Origin: Candidatus Bathyarchaeia archaeon
GTDB lineage: Archaea; Thermoproteota; Bathyarchaeia; Bathyarchaeales; Bathycorpusculaceae
Assembly (NCBI GenBank): GCA_038883715.1
Contig: JAVZLS010000003.1
Location: 61,160-125,159, forward strand
Length of the DNA stretch: 64,000 bases
Direction of reading: 5' to 3'
Shown here: piece by piece, positions 1-9,535 of the stretch
Numbering within the stretch: position 1 is the stretch's first letter
Layout: the number at the start of each line of letters is the position of its first letter
The notes under the pieces: generated by a model
The model's input: the letters and a program-made list of their open reading frames with translations, nothing else
What the model was told of the DNA's origin: nothing
Databases searched by the model: none
Translations under genes and position numbers: made by a program

Positions 1-362
1 CGCTACATAGAAAACCACGAAGCGTGCCGCTTCATAATGTACTGGGTCAACATGGTTTCTTGTTTTTTCCTCCATTTCCTTTAAGTGACGTTCTCTTTCG
101 GCTTTTTCAGCCATAAAAGCCCGAAAAACCCGGAAACTCCCATGGCAAGGCATGCGCCAAATCCGGCTAGCAAAATAACTTCTGGCTTTGCAACTCCAGC
201 CATCCATGAGCCTAAAACTATGCCGAAGATTGTCATGGCGCCGTCAAAACCGTTCATTACAAAGTATCTTCTAGCCAATCCACTTGCCTTGGTTACATGG
301 AGGTAAATCCTAACTTTCCTAAAGAGCTTTTTAAGAGAATTACCCAACTGTTGACTTTTCAC
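1..362 (-). pseudogene. VIT1/CCC1-like membrane transporter, frameshifted near 120-122 and running off the window edge
   Basis: N-terminus RRYFVMNGFDGAMTIFG...MGVSGFFG is typical of the family. The expected continuation AFMAEKAERERHLKEME...HYEAARF lies in the -1 frame (GGG CTT TTA read as GG GCT TTT ATG GCT GAA). Confidence 0.7.
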
Positions 363-473
363 CCTTTAAGGGCGGATAGTTAAAGCCCATGTTTCAAACG
401 CGGTTTTAATACCACAACTGTTTAATATAAAGCTTTAGAATTCTCACTCAACTCTTTAAAAGGAGGAAAATAT

Positions 474-1517
474 GTGACCCTTGCAGAAACTTTGGAAAAA
501 CTCTCAAACGCTTGCGGAGTAGCCGGGAGAGAGGAGGAAGTCAGAAAACTCATGAAAAACATGCTAAAGCCCTATGTGGACGAAGTTAAGGAAGACAAGC
601 TTGGAAATGTTATAGGCGTTAAAAAGGGCAAAAAAGACGCGCCTAAGGTTATGCTAGCAGCTCACATGGACGAGATCGGACTGTTTGTCAAGACTATTTC
701 AAAAGAGGGATTCCTCCAGTTCACAAAAATCGGCGGCATAGACGATCGAATACTACTCGCCCAAAAAGTGATAGTCCACACGGAAAAAGGTCCCTTGCAT
801 GGAATAATCGGCTCTAAGCCTCCTCACATACAAAAGGAGGAGGAACGCAAAAAGGTCATGACTTACGACGAACTTTTCATAGACATCGGGGCGGAAAACC
901 AGGAAGAAGCCAAAAAGATGGGCGTAAAAATCGGAGACCCTGTAAGCTTTGACATAAAATTCGCCAAAATGAGCGACGACATAGTTATCGGAAAAGCCTT
1001 CGACGACCGAGTCGGCTGCGCAGTAATGGTTGAAGCAATGAAACAGCTCAAAGAGGCAGAATGCACAGTTTACGCTGTTGGAACAGTGCAAGAAGAGGTA
1101 GGCTTAAGAGGGGCAACAACAGCGGCATTTGGCATATACCCCGACGTGGGCATAGCCCTAGACGTTACCATAGCCGGCGACGTCCCAGGCGTAAAAGAGG
1201 TGGAAGCTCCGGTAAAGCTTCGGAAAGGTCCATCAATAACCGTTGCTGACTACGGGCTTATAACCCATCCAAAAGTTTTGCGGTTACTGGTTGACGTGGC
1301 AGAGGAAAACAAAATTCCATACCAACTTGAAACTGGTTTACAGGGCTCAACAGACGCTGCCCGCATATCCCTAACAAGGGAAGGCGTTCCCAGTGGCGTC
1401 ATATCGGTGCCGACACGCTACATTCACAGTCCGGCATCCCTATTAAGCCTAAAGGATGCTGAAAATGCCGTCAAGCTAACAGTGGCAGCCATCAAAAAAA
1501 TTCCAAAATGCTTCTAA
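474..1517 (+). CDS. M42 family (TET/FrvX) aminopeptidase
   Basis: AAHMDEIG, KAFDDRVG, QEEVGLRGA and RYIHSP motifs; GGAGG upstream. Confidence 0.95.
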   Translation: MTLAETLEKLSNACGVAGREEEVRKLMKNMLKPYVDEVKEDKLGNVIGVKKGKKDAPKVMLAAHMDEIGLFVKTISKEGFLQFTKIGGIDDRILLAQKVIVHTEKGPLHGIIGSKPPHIQKEEERKKVMTYDELFIDIGAENQEEAKKMGVKIGDPVSFDIKFAKMSDDIVIGKAFDDRVGCAVMVEAMKQLKEAECTVYAVGTVQEEVGLRGATTAAFGIYPDVGIALDVTIAGDVPGVKEVEAPVKLRKGPSITVADYGLITHPKVLRLLVDVAEENKIPYQLETGLQGSTDAARISLTREGVPSGVISVPTRYIHSPASLLSLKDAENAVKLTVAAIKKIPKCF

Positions 1518-1604
1518 ACTTCTTCATAAAATCGCTAATCCCCTTCATTTGTTGAACATAAAACAATTTAAAATCACAAGGCTTTTACTAATATCGACAA
1601 GGCT

Positions 1605-2042
1605 ATGCCAAGGAAAAGAAACTTTGAGTTTCTCGAACATATGGCAGATGCGTATATCGCTGCCTACGGAAGAGACCTAGCTGAAGCTTTTGAAAACGCT
1701 GCCGCCGCCATGTTTGAGGTGATGACAGACATTGAGAAGGTAAACCCTGAAAACGAAGATTATGTTGAAGTTGAAGCGGCAGATGAGCATGCCCTACTTT
1801 ATAACTGGCTTGAAGAACTCCTTGTTAAATCAGAGATCAACGAAATGCTATATTCAAAATTCAAAATATTTGAGGTAACCAAAACGGCGGATGGTTTTAG
1901 GCTCAAAGCCAAAATATGGGGTGAGAAGTTTAACCCAGAAAAGCACCCTCAGAAGGTTGGCGTCAAGGCTGTCACATACCATCAAATGGAGATAATTCGG
2001 GAGCCAGATAAGACAACTGTGAAGTTTATACTTGACATTTAA
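1605..2042 (+). CDS. Archease (RtcB activator)
   Basis: FLEHMAD...AFENAA...VKAVTYH...FILDI signature. Confidence 0.95.
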   Translation: MPRKRNFEFLEHMADAYIAAYGRDLAEAFENAAAAMFEVMTDIEKVNPENEDYVEVEAADEHALLYNWLEELLVKSEINEMLYSKFKIFEVTKTADGFRLKAKIWGEKFNPEKHPQKVGVKAVTYHQMEIIREPDKTTVKFILDI

Positions 2043-2695
2043 GCTAGGCCCAGTCTCTTCAACCCTTTTAAAATCTCTTGGACTATGACTTCTGGCGGTG
2101 TTTCTAGTTTTTCGCATTTAACTTCCACAAACGGAACCTTTTTCTTCCTATAATATTCTAGTAGGGGCTGTGTTTGCTTTTCATAAACCTCTATACGCTG
2201 TTTAATAACTTCGGGCTTGTCGTCTGAACGCTGATATAATGGTCCGCCACAGTGGTCGCAAACCATGTCGTTTTTTGGCTTTAAGAAGAGTAGGTTGTAG
2301 ATGGCTCCACAGTTTTTGCATATCCTCCTAGAAGACAAACGTTTAATAATTATCCAGTCAGGAACTATGAGGTGGATTATTGCGTCTATTTTGGCTATTT
2401 CGCCAAGAGCCTTGGCTTGCTCAGTTGTTCTAGGATAGCCATCTAAAATGAAGCCTTTGCCCTTTGGAATCTTAGTCAAGTTCTCCTTTAAAACTTCAAA
2501 GGTTATGTCATCCGGGACAAGCCAGCCCTTCTCCACATAAGCTTTCACTTTTATTCCTAACGGTGTATTCTCTTTTATCATTTCCCGAAAGATGTCGCCG
2601 GTGGCTATGACTGCAACGTTAAGTACATCCTTTAACCTTGAGGCATACGTTCCTTTCCCTGACCCCGGCGCGCCAAAGATTATCAGATTGACCAT
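2039..2695 (-). CDS. adk: Adenylate kinase (long form with zinc-binding LID)
   Basis: GAPGSGKGT P-loop, LDGYPRT, CxxC...CxxC LID, QRSDD. Confidence 0.95.
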   Translation of the reverse strand: MVNLIIFGAPGSGKGTYASRLKDVLNVAVIATGDIFREMIKENTPLGIKVKAYVEKGWLVPDDITFEVLKENLTKIPKGKGFILDGYPRTTEQAKALGEIAKIDAIIHLIVPDWIIIKRLSSRRICKNCGAIYNLLFLKPKNDMVCDHCGGPLYQRSDDKPEVIKQRIEVYEKQTQPLLEYYRKKKVPFVEVKCEKLETPPEVIVQEILKGLKRLGLA

Positions 2696-2780
2696 CGCTT
2701 AACAGCATCCTTTCTTTGGTAATCTTGTAAGAGATTGAATAGAATTAAAAATATTTGCACGACCTGCATCCCATTCGGGG

Positions 2781-3251
2781 TTAACGGATGAGGAAAGATA
2801 TCTCTTTAACAAGCGTTTCCGGGATTATTGCTTTACCCTTCTTTTTGTTTAGCTTAACGAAACCCATTTTGCTGAGAACCTGCAAGTCTTGATAGACATT
2901 TTTCACGTTGCGCCTCAATTTTTTAGCCAAATCGTTTATTGATTCCACTCTTAAAGTTGCCAGTTGACAGAGTATTTCTATCCTTTTCGGCGTGAGAGCC
3001 GCCACTTGGTCTGGTTTAAGCTCTTTCACTTCCTCAATGGCATAGTCAAGAGTCCCTTCTTCCAAATATCCTTTATAACTATCTATGAGTTCAGCCCACT
3101 CAAAAAAGGCTCTGGCAAATTTTGTGTTAAGCCTACCTTTGAGGAACAATTCTTCAAACTTTTCAAAACTCATTCCAAACTCATGTTCGAAATTCTTAAT
3201 CCTTTCAGTAACCTCTTCTGGTGTCAAATTTCGAACAATTCTGATAAGCAT
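2781..3251 (-). CDS. HTH DNA-binding protein (HVO_A0114-like C-terminus)
   Basis: LTPKRIEIL...ESINDLAKKLRRNVKNVYQDLQVLSKMGFV winged HTH. Confidence 0.7.
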   Translation of the reverse strand: MLIRIVRNLTPEEVTERIKNFEHEFGMSFEKFEELFLKGRLNTKFARAFFEWAELIDSYKGYLEEGTLDYAIEEVKELKPDQVAALTPKRIEILCQLATLRVESINDLAKKLRRNVKNVYQDLQVLSKMGFVKLNKKKGKAIIPETLVKEISFLIR

Positions 3252-3358
3252 AAATAATCATTGAAAGATAGAGTGTTTGCTTTCTTAAACTTTCACGCAA
3301 AACGTTTAAGGCACACGGCAAAGCTTTAAACCTCACTAATAAAGGGATGTAGAAAAGA

Positions 3359-4276
3359 ATGAATGTATCAAAGATAGATGAGCATATTTTCATGATTGAC
3401 GTTGAAGTGGCAGGGATACCACACTTCATCGCCAGCTACATTTTGATAGGTGAAAAAATAGCTATAATCGAGACCGGCCCCACGTCTTCTATCCAAAATC
3501 TTGTTCGCGGCTTAACAAGTTTAGGCATAAAACCCGATAACGTTTCCTACATTGCTGTTTCACACATACACCTAGATCATGGTGGAGGCGTTGGCACTCT
3601 AGTGAAGCATTTTCCAAAAGCAAAGGTCATTGTCCATGAAAAAGGGGCGCCGCATCTCGCAAATCCTGAAAAGCTTTGGCAACAGTCACAAATGGTCCTA
3701 GGAGAGTTAGCTGGAATTTATGGGAAACCAGAACCAGTTCCAGCTGACCAAATAATTGCCGCAAAGGATGGCATGACCTTTGAGATTGGGAAAGGCATAG
3801 CACTACAAGTTGTAGAAACACTCGGACACGCCTCCCACCACTTAAGCTACTACGAGCCGCAAAGCAATGGCGTATTCGTGGGAGATGCCGGCGGAATTTA
3901 TCTGAACGATATAGACGTTATAGTTCCAACAACACCTTCGCCCTTCAGATTGGACTTGGCTTTGGCGTCCTTGAAAAAATTGGCGGATCTAGAACCTTCA
4001 GTTCTATACTACACGCATTTTGGCAAAGCAAAAAACGCCACGAAAAAACTCCACATATACGCTGATCAGCTTAGGCTTTGGGCCAACATTGCAAAACAAT
4101 CATTAGACAAAGGTGAAGATTTAGAGAAAATTAGCCATAAAATTACAGAAAATGATCGAGCCGTTAAAAAGGCCTTAGAGTATATTAAAATGCACAAAGT
4201 TTTGGGCGAAACAGTTCTTAAAACAAGCGTTTGGGGCATAGTGGAGTTCGTGAAGAATTTCGGGCTTCCAACTTAG
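3359..4276 (+). CDS. MBL-fold metallo-hydrolase
   Basis: SHIHLDHGGG, GHASHH, GDAGG and THFG motifs. Confidence 0.92.
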   Translation: MNVSKIDEHIFMIDVEVAGIPHFIASYILIGEKIAIIETGPTSSIQNLVRGLTSLGIKPDNVSYIAVSHIHLDHGGGVGTLVKHFPKAKVIVHEKGAPHLANPEKLWQQSQMVLGELAGIYGKPEPVPADQIIAAKDGMTFEIGKGIALQVVETLGHASHHLSYYEPQSNGVFVGDAGGIYLNDIDVIVPTTPSPFRLDLALASLKKLADLEPSVLYYTHFGKAKNATKKLHIYADQLRLWANIAKQSLDKGEDLEKISHKITENDRAVKKALEYIKMHKVLGETVLKTSVWGIVEFVKNFGLPT

Positions 4277-4342
4277 TTATTGGTTTATACGCCAAAATAC
4301 TTTATATTTAACGCTGCTTGAGAGAGGCTTAGGTGAAATGTT

Positions 4343-5824
4343 ATGGGTGAAGAAGGAGAGGGAAGACCTCCCTCTGAAAAAGTTCCTCTTGAAAAGGTGA
4401 ACGATTACACTTGGCGTATCCCAAAATATAAACCTGGAATGCGGGTTCCAGGCATAATTTTTGCAGATAAAATGTTACTTGAGAAAATGCAGACAGACAG
4501 AACCCTTGAACAATGCTCTAATGTTGCCCACTTGCCAGGCATATACAAGTATTCTATAACTTTGCCGGACGGGCATGAGGGTTACGGTTTTCCAATTGGT
4601 GGTGTGGCTGCAACAGACTATAACGAGGGCGTAATTAGCCCGGGCGGAGTTGGTTACGACATAAACTGTGGTGTGCGCCTTCTGACAACAAACCTTTCAG
4701 AACAGGATATTAGACCCAAACTTGTGCAGCTGACAAACGCCATTTTTGAAAATGTGCCGTGCGGTCTTGGAAGTCGCAGAAAAGACTTCAAAGTAACAAT
4801 CCACGACTTAGACAGACTTGCAATGGAAGGCGTCCAGTGGGTTATAGACCAGGGTTTAGGTTGGGATGAAGACGCGGAGCACTGCGAAGAGCATGGCTGC
4901 ATGAAAAATGCCAATCCAGACAAGGTTTCGACAACTGCCAAGAACAGAGGGTTAACACAAATAGGCACGTTGGGTTCTGGAAACCACTTCTTAGAAATTC
5001 AAAAAGTTGACAAAATTTATGATGAGCGAACAGCCAAAGCCTTTGGAATAGAGCATGAGGGACAAGTAACCGTCATGATCCACTGCGGCTCCAGGGGCTT
5101 TGGACATCAAATCTGCTCGGACTATTTGCGGGTTATGGAGCGAGCCGTCCACAAGTACAAGATAGTTTTGCCAGACAGAGAACTTGCATGCGCCCCCGGA
5201 AACAGCAATGAGGCTGAAGACTATTATGAGGCTATGGCATGCGCAGTAAACTATGCTTTTGCAAATAGGCAGGCAATAATGCACTGGGTTCGCCAAAGTT
5301 TCCAGCAAGTTTTCAAAGAAGACCCCGAAAAATTTGGCTTAAAACTGGTTTACGATGTGGCACACAACATTGCAAAAATAGAAACTCATAGGGTTAATGG
5401 CGAGCAACGAAAAGTTTGGGTTCACAGAAAAGGCGCCACAAGAGCCTTCCCACCAGGACACCCGGAAATCCCAGCAGACTACAGAAGCGTCGGACAGCCA
5501 GTAATAATACCCGGAAGCATGGGAACAAGCTCATGGGTTCTAGTCGGCACTGAAAAAGCCATGGAAATAAGCTTCGGCTCAACAGCCCACGGAGCCGGCA
5601 GAATGCTAAGCCGAGCAGCCGCAAAACGAAGATTTTACGGCGGAGACGTAAAAAGAAGTCTTGAACAGCGAGGCATAGCCGTCAGAGCTGCAAGCGCAGT
5701 CGTACTAGCCGAAGAGGCAGACCCCGCATACAAAAACGTGGATATAGTCGCTGACGTAAGCCACAAAGTCGGCATAGCCACAAAAGTCGCAAGACTCGTA
5801 CCACTGGCAGTCGTGAAAGGCTAA
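4343..5824 (+). CDS. rtcB: tRNA-splicing ligase RtcB
   Basis: PDGHEGYGFPIG, GYDINCGVRL, GSGNHFLE, HRKGAT, STAHGAGR; no intein. Confidence 0.98.
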   Translation: MGEEGEGRPPSEKVPLEKVNDYTWRIPKYKPGMRVPGIIFADKMLLEKMQTDRTLEQCSNVAHLPGIYKYSITLPDGHEGYGFPIGGVAATDYNEGVISPGGVGYDINCGVRLLTTNLSEQDIRPKLVQLTNAIFENVPCGLGSRRKDFKVTIHDLDRLAMEGVQWVIDQGLGWDEDAEHCEEHGCMKNANPDKVSTTAKNRGLTQIGTLGSGNHFLEIQKVDKIYDERTAKAFGIEHEGQVTVMIHCGSRGFGHQICSDYLRVMERAVHKYKIVLPDRELACAPGNSNEAEDYYEAMACAVNYAFANRQAIMHWVRQSFQQVFKEDPEKFGLKLVYDVAHNIAKIETHRVNGEQRKVWVHRKGATRAFPPGHPEIPADYRSVGQPVIIPGSMGTSSWVLVGTEKAMEISFGSTAHGAGRMLSRAAAKRRFYGGDVKRSLEQRGIAVRAASAVVLAEEADPAYKNVDIVADVSHKVGIATKVARLVPLAVVKG

Positions 5825-5841
5825 ATTCAAATTTATTGCAG

Positions 5842-5919
5842 TGGCGGGCGGGGTGGGATTTGAACCCACGATCACAAGCTTAGGAGGCTTGCGCCCTATC
5901 CTTGCTAGGCTACCCGCCC
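5842..5919 (-). tRNA. tRNA-Arg(CCT) with encoded CCA
   Basis: Reverse complement gives GGGCGGG acceptor stem, CAAGC-CT CCT AA-GCTTG anticodon arm, GTTCAAATC T loop and a GCCA end. Confidence 0.95.
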
Positions 5920-6012
5920 ATCCAAATAGAAAATAACAACAATCTCAACTTAAATGTATCTTGGCACGGAAAACTTAAACATTGGAAAGCCTTTTGAGAA
6001 TACTTGCCAGCG

Positions 6013-6133
6013 GCGGGGGTACCCGAGCCAGGTCTAAATGGGCTGTTTAGGGGCGTAGACCAGCCTAGGATAAGGGGGAGGACTTAAGATCCTCTGGCGT
6101 AGGCCTCCGTGGGTTCAAATCCCACCCCCCGCA
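6013..6133 (+). tRNA. tRNA-Leu(TAA) with a 36-nt non-canonical intron (about 6038-6073, position 22/23)
   Basis: GCGGGGG/CCCCCGC acceptor, GAGGA-CT TAA GA-TCCTC anticodon arm, long variable arm. The D arm is interrupted by a hairpin insert with bulge-helix geometry. Confidence 0.92.
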
Positions 6134-6233
6134 CCTCGATTAAAGGCTCGGTTTTGCTATCTTTTCCACGATACGTTTGCAAAGTGCCACATTATAGCCA
6201 TTAAATCTAATAATAAATTGAACAAATACCATT

Positions 6234-7190
6234 TTGAGGCAGTTGCAGATGTATACTTCCTTAGGTCGTGTTGGCTATCCCGTAGCTAAAATTAGGCTCT
6301 TTATGTCCATTTTCTCTGCAGCCTTTTTCGGCTTCTTGCTATATTCGGCCTCAGTGTATTTCAAATGGTTTAATGTCCTTCGAGGATTTTATCTTCTCCT
6401 TGGCATTGTTGAGGGTTTATTGATGGGAGAGCTTGAAGCTCGAATTATAACCAGCAAATTATTGAGGGAAACAGAAGTTATAGTGTGGCAAATACTTTTA
6501 ATAAGCGCTGCTTTAATCGGTTTACCGCTCCTGTTGGCATTAATCCTTTTTGAGGCTTCAGAGTTTTTACTTTTTGCAGCTTATCTAGTTTTGCCATTCG
6601 TCCCAGTTTATTCTGCCGCAAGCGGCTGGCGCTTTCACAGGTTTGAACAGCAAAACAAGGTTCAAGTTTTCATGTTCATTTACGGATTTAAGTTCTGGAC
6701 GGAACCCATCCTTAGCGATAGCGACAGATTATGCCATTTCATAAACGATGTGGCATCAAAGGATGCTCTAGCAATATTAAGCCAAGCAGGATACTCAAAA
6801 AAGTTAATAGTTGCACTTCAAGAAAGGCAAGACATTGAAACGTCAACCAAGAAAGAACTGTCCAAAATTCTCCTAGTCATGAACAAATATAAACGTCAAA
6901 TGCTGACAGTATTTGCTGCGTTTTTAATCTCATGCTTTCTTCTTATAGTCTACTTTCTCGTTCTTGCGAGTACAAACATGTTTGGATTAGTGGAAATTGT
7001 AAACCATAACGTAGTCTCGGGACAGGCTGCCAGCTTGATATTGTTATGTGTTCCAACATTCTCAGTGTTAGGCGGTGTCTTTATAGCAGCATGGCGTTTG
7101 AGAAAGCGTTATCGAAAGGTAATTTTAAGGATTTTGGAAAACTTAAACCTTGATAAGCCGTCTTCCATTTTATCGGACGACGAAATGTAG
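6234..7190 (+). CDS. Hypothetical multi-pass membrane protein (start uncertain)
   Basis: 318-aa ORF with about six hydrophobic segments; no recognisable motif. Confidence 0.7.
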   Translation: MRQLQMYTSLGRVGYPVAKIRLFMSIFSAAFFGFLLYSASVYFKWFNVLRGFYLLLGIVEGLLMGELEARIITSKLLRETEVIVWQILLISAALIGLPLLLALILFEASEFLLFAAYLVLPFVPVYSAASGWRFHRFEQQNKVQVFMFIYGFKFWTEPILSDSDRLCHFINDVASKDALAILSQAGYSKKLIVALQERQDIETSTKKELSKILLVMNKYKRQMLTVFAAFLISCFLLIVYFLVLASTNMFGLVEIVNHNVVSGQAASLILLCVPTFSVLGGVFIAAWRLRKRYRKVILRILENLNLDKPSSILSDDEM

Positions 7191-7216
7191 GTAATTGACG
7201 GGCTTACTCTTTCTAA

Positions 7217-7798
7217 TTAAAACGGGTACCCTATGGTCTGAGCTAAAACTATTATTTGTTTTGGATTTAAGCCGACGGCTTTGCTGAAGGCTTCCTTGTC
7301 TATTAATGCTCTAACAACGGTATTTATCCCTTCGGAGGCGCAGTACATGTAAACGTTTTGGGCTTTATGTCCAGCCTCCACATAAACCCACTTCAGTTTT
7401 TCTTCTTCTGGGGCTGGTCTTGGGAGGTTTTCCAGCTTTGCCATATCAGCAATATAAATTAGGTTCAATGGAGCATTGTACACGTATTCTTGTTTTCCAA
7501 CAAGCCTTCTATAGTCGCCTTCAGCAACTGGCAGAAGTTGATGCCTAGTCGGGTCATATCGGTAGACGCCTTCAGGAAGCACCGCGTAAACATCTACGGG
7601 ATGCTTGTTCATAGCGGAGGGCGCTGTTCGTTTGCCATCCTCCCGGTTTATGCCATTGGCAGCCCAAAGAACCTCTGACAAGTGTTGGAGGCTAAGTATC
7701 CTATCTGAGAAGTCCCTTTCAGAACGCCTATTCTTTAGGGCTTGCATCACAGGAATTCCTTTGTCAAATCTTGGCGGGTCAAGTTTTATCGGTTCCAT
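7217..7798 (-). CDS. Nitroreductase family (SagB/ThcOx-like) protein
   Basis: RRSERDF, LWAANG, RTAPSA, EAGHKAQNVY, C-terminal IGYP. Confidence 0.9.
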   Translation of the reverse strand: MEPIKLDPPRFDKGIPVMQALKNRRSERDFSDRILSLQHLSEVLWAANGINREDGKRTAPSAMNKHPVDVYAVLPEGVYRYDPTRHQLLPVAEGDYRRLVGKQEYVYNAPLNLIYIADMAKLENLPRPAPEEEKLKWVYVEAGHKAQNVYMYCASEGINTVVRALIDKEAFSKAVGLNPKQIIVLAQTIGYPF

Positions 7799-7896
7799 GA
7801 AAAAGAGGTATCAGAATCCCTACGAATTTAATTTTTCTCTGGCAGCATTTCAGATTAAATATTGGACAAGCCTATAATCTACTAGATAGACCGCCG

Positions 7897-8229
7897 GTGA
7901 TAGTGCCGTTAAAAATGGATGACGCGACAAAGCGCATAGCCCAACAGCGAATTCAAACCCTTTTCCGTTTGGCTAGAGAAACCTATCGGGATGACCCGCT
8001 TTTGGCTCAGCGTTATGTGGATATAGCCCGCCGTGTGGCTATGGCAGCCAAAATTCGCCTTCCAAAGGAATACAGGCGCATGGTTTGCCGCCACTGCAAA
8101 GGTTTTATCTTGCCCGGTGTTAGCTGTCGTGTCCGCATAAAACAACGACGAGAACCCCATGTGGTCATCACGTGCCTAAAGTGCGGAAAACATATGCGTA
8201 TACCCCTTAAAAGGAAGGAGAAAGAATGA
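7897..8229 (+). CDS. rnp4: RNase P protein Rpp21
   Basis: IAQQRIQTLF, CRHC...LPG...CLKCG zinc ribbon. Confidence 0.93.
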   Translation: MIVPLKMDDATKRIAQQRIQTLFRLARETYRDDPLLAQRYVDIARRVAMAAKIRLPKEYRRMVCRHCKGFILPGVSCRVRIKQRREPHVVITCLKCGKHMRIPLKRKEKE

Positions 8230-8519
8230 GCAAACTTACCAGTAAAATGAAACGCCGCATTAAAAGCGAGTTTGGAGAAGAAAAACCCACCATCTGGATT
8301 GGTAAAAAGCAAATCTCCAACAAGTTGATTAAAGAAGTAGAGAAGCAGCTTGAGAAAAGGAAAATAGTCAAAGTCAAAATTTTGAAAAGCGCCCTACAAG
8401 AGGCAAAAGCCAGCGAAATAGCCTCAGCGATTTCCAAGCAGACAGAAGCCGACTTGGTGGAGGTTAGAGGGCACACCTTCATCCTTTACAAACGTAGAAG
8501 AAAAGCTCCAAAAGAGTGA
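8226..8519 (+). CDS. YhbY/CRM-domain RNA-binding protein
   Basis: PTIWIGK...VKVKIL...RGHTFILYK. Confidence 0.9.
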   Translation: MSKLTSKMKRRIKSEFGEEKPTIWIGKKQISNKLIKEVEKQLEKRKIVKVKILKSALQEAKASEIASAISKQTEADLVEVRGHTFILYKRRRKAPKE

Positions 8520-8569
8520 AAGCCTTTATATCGGGCCTGGTGAATTACTGAAGGAAAACACCGGAGAAA

Positions 8570-9043
8570 ATGGGATTGCCGACTCCAAACAATGTGCCAG
8601 CACCAGAATTCATCCAGAAACTAGCCAACTATCTAAAGGAAAATGTTGATGAGGTGACGCCTCCAGCATGGGCAAGCATAGTTAAAACTGGCGCCCACAC
8701 GCAGAGAACGCCTGACAACCCTGATTGGTGGTTTGTACGATGCGCCTCGCTGTTGCGGAAAATATACATTCATGGGCCGATAGGAATAGAGAGACTTCGC
8801 GCAGAATACGGTGGCAGAAAAGACTTCGGCGTTAGACCAGAACACGCCGTCAAGGCGGGCGGAGCAATAATAAGAAAGGCCTTGCAACAGCTTGAAAACG
8901 CTGGGCTTGTTGAAAAGTTCCAGAACAAGGGAAGACGAATAACGAAGGAAGGGAGAAAACTTCTAGAGGAAATAGCCGAAGAAGTGAAGAAGGACTTGCT
9001 GAAGGAAATGCCGGAGCTGGAGAAATACCAAAAGAGTGAGTAG
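8570..9043 (+). CDS. rps19e: 30S ribosomal protein S19e
   Basis: [35 protein letters not shown]. Confidence 0.97.
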   Translation: MGLPTPNNVPAPEFIQKLANYLKENVDEVTPPAWASIVKTGAHTQRTPDNPDWWFVRCASLLRKIYIHGPIGIERLRAEYGGRKDFGVRPEHAVKAGGAIIRKALQQLENAGLVEKFQNKGRRITKEGRKLLEEIAEEVKKDLLKEMPELEKYQKSE

Positions 9044-9045
9044 AA

Positions 9046-9375
9046 ATGTCAGAGGAAGAGCTTGAAGAACTTCGCCAGAAAAAACTTTTGGCACTACAAC
9101 GGAGAATAGCCGAAGAACAACGAAGAGCCCAAATGGAACAACAGCTCGAAATGCAAAAACAAGCCATATTAAAGAGCATTCTTACACCGGAAGCGAGACA
9201 AAGGTTAGCAAACCTGAAACTTGTTAAGCCAGAGTTTACAGCGCAGCTGGAACTTCAGCTAATCCAGCTAGCCCAAATGGGAAAACTGCCAATACCCCTA
9301 ACCGACGAGCAGCTCAAGCAAATACTGATTCAGCTACAGGCCCAAAAGCGTGAAATAAAGATAAGGAGGGTTTAG
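9046..9375 (+). CDS. PDCD5/TFAR19-like DNA-binding protein
   Basis: [19 protein letters not shown]. Confidence 0.93.
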   Translation: MSEEELEELRQKKLLALQRRIAEEQRRAQMEQQLEMQKQAILKSILTPEARQRLANLKLVKPEFTAQLELQLIQLAQMGKLPIPLTDEQLKQILIQLQAQKREIKIRRV

Positions 9376-9376
9376 T

Positions 9377-9532
9377 ATGGCTAGATTCAAGCCCCCAGCC
9401 AAAAAGAGGAGACTGGCAAAAGCTGGAAAACAGAAAAGGGCTGTTCCAACATGGGTTATAGCAAAGACCGCTGGAAAATTTAGAACTCATCCGAAAAGGA
9501 GGCATTGGAGAACCCGCAAAATAAAAGCCTAA
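9377..9532 (+). CDS. rpl39e: 50S ribosomal protein L39e (not in ORF track, 51 aa)
   Basis: Manual translation [51 protein letters not shown]. Confidence 0.95.
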   Translation: MARFKPPAKKRRLAKAGKQKRAVPTWVIAKTAGKFRTHPKRRHWRTRKIKA

Positions 9533-9535
9533 AAG

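Noticed and set aside
5400-5824. A/C-rich codon usage at the rtcB 3' end as a recombined patch
   Set aside because: It was judged by eye only, similar local biases occur elsewhere, and no boundary repeats were seen.
5850-6130. Shared CGTGGGTTCAAATCCCACCCC as an att site or inverted repeat
   Set aside because: It is simply the identical T arm of two divergent tRNAs, and no integrase is present.
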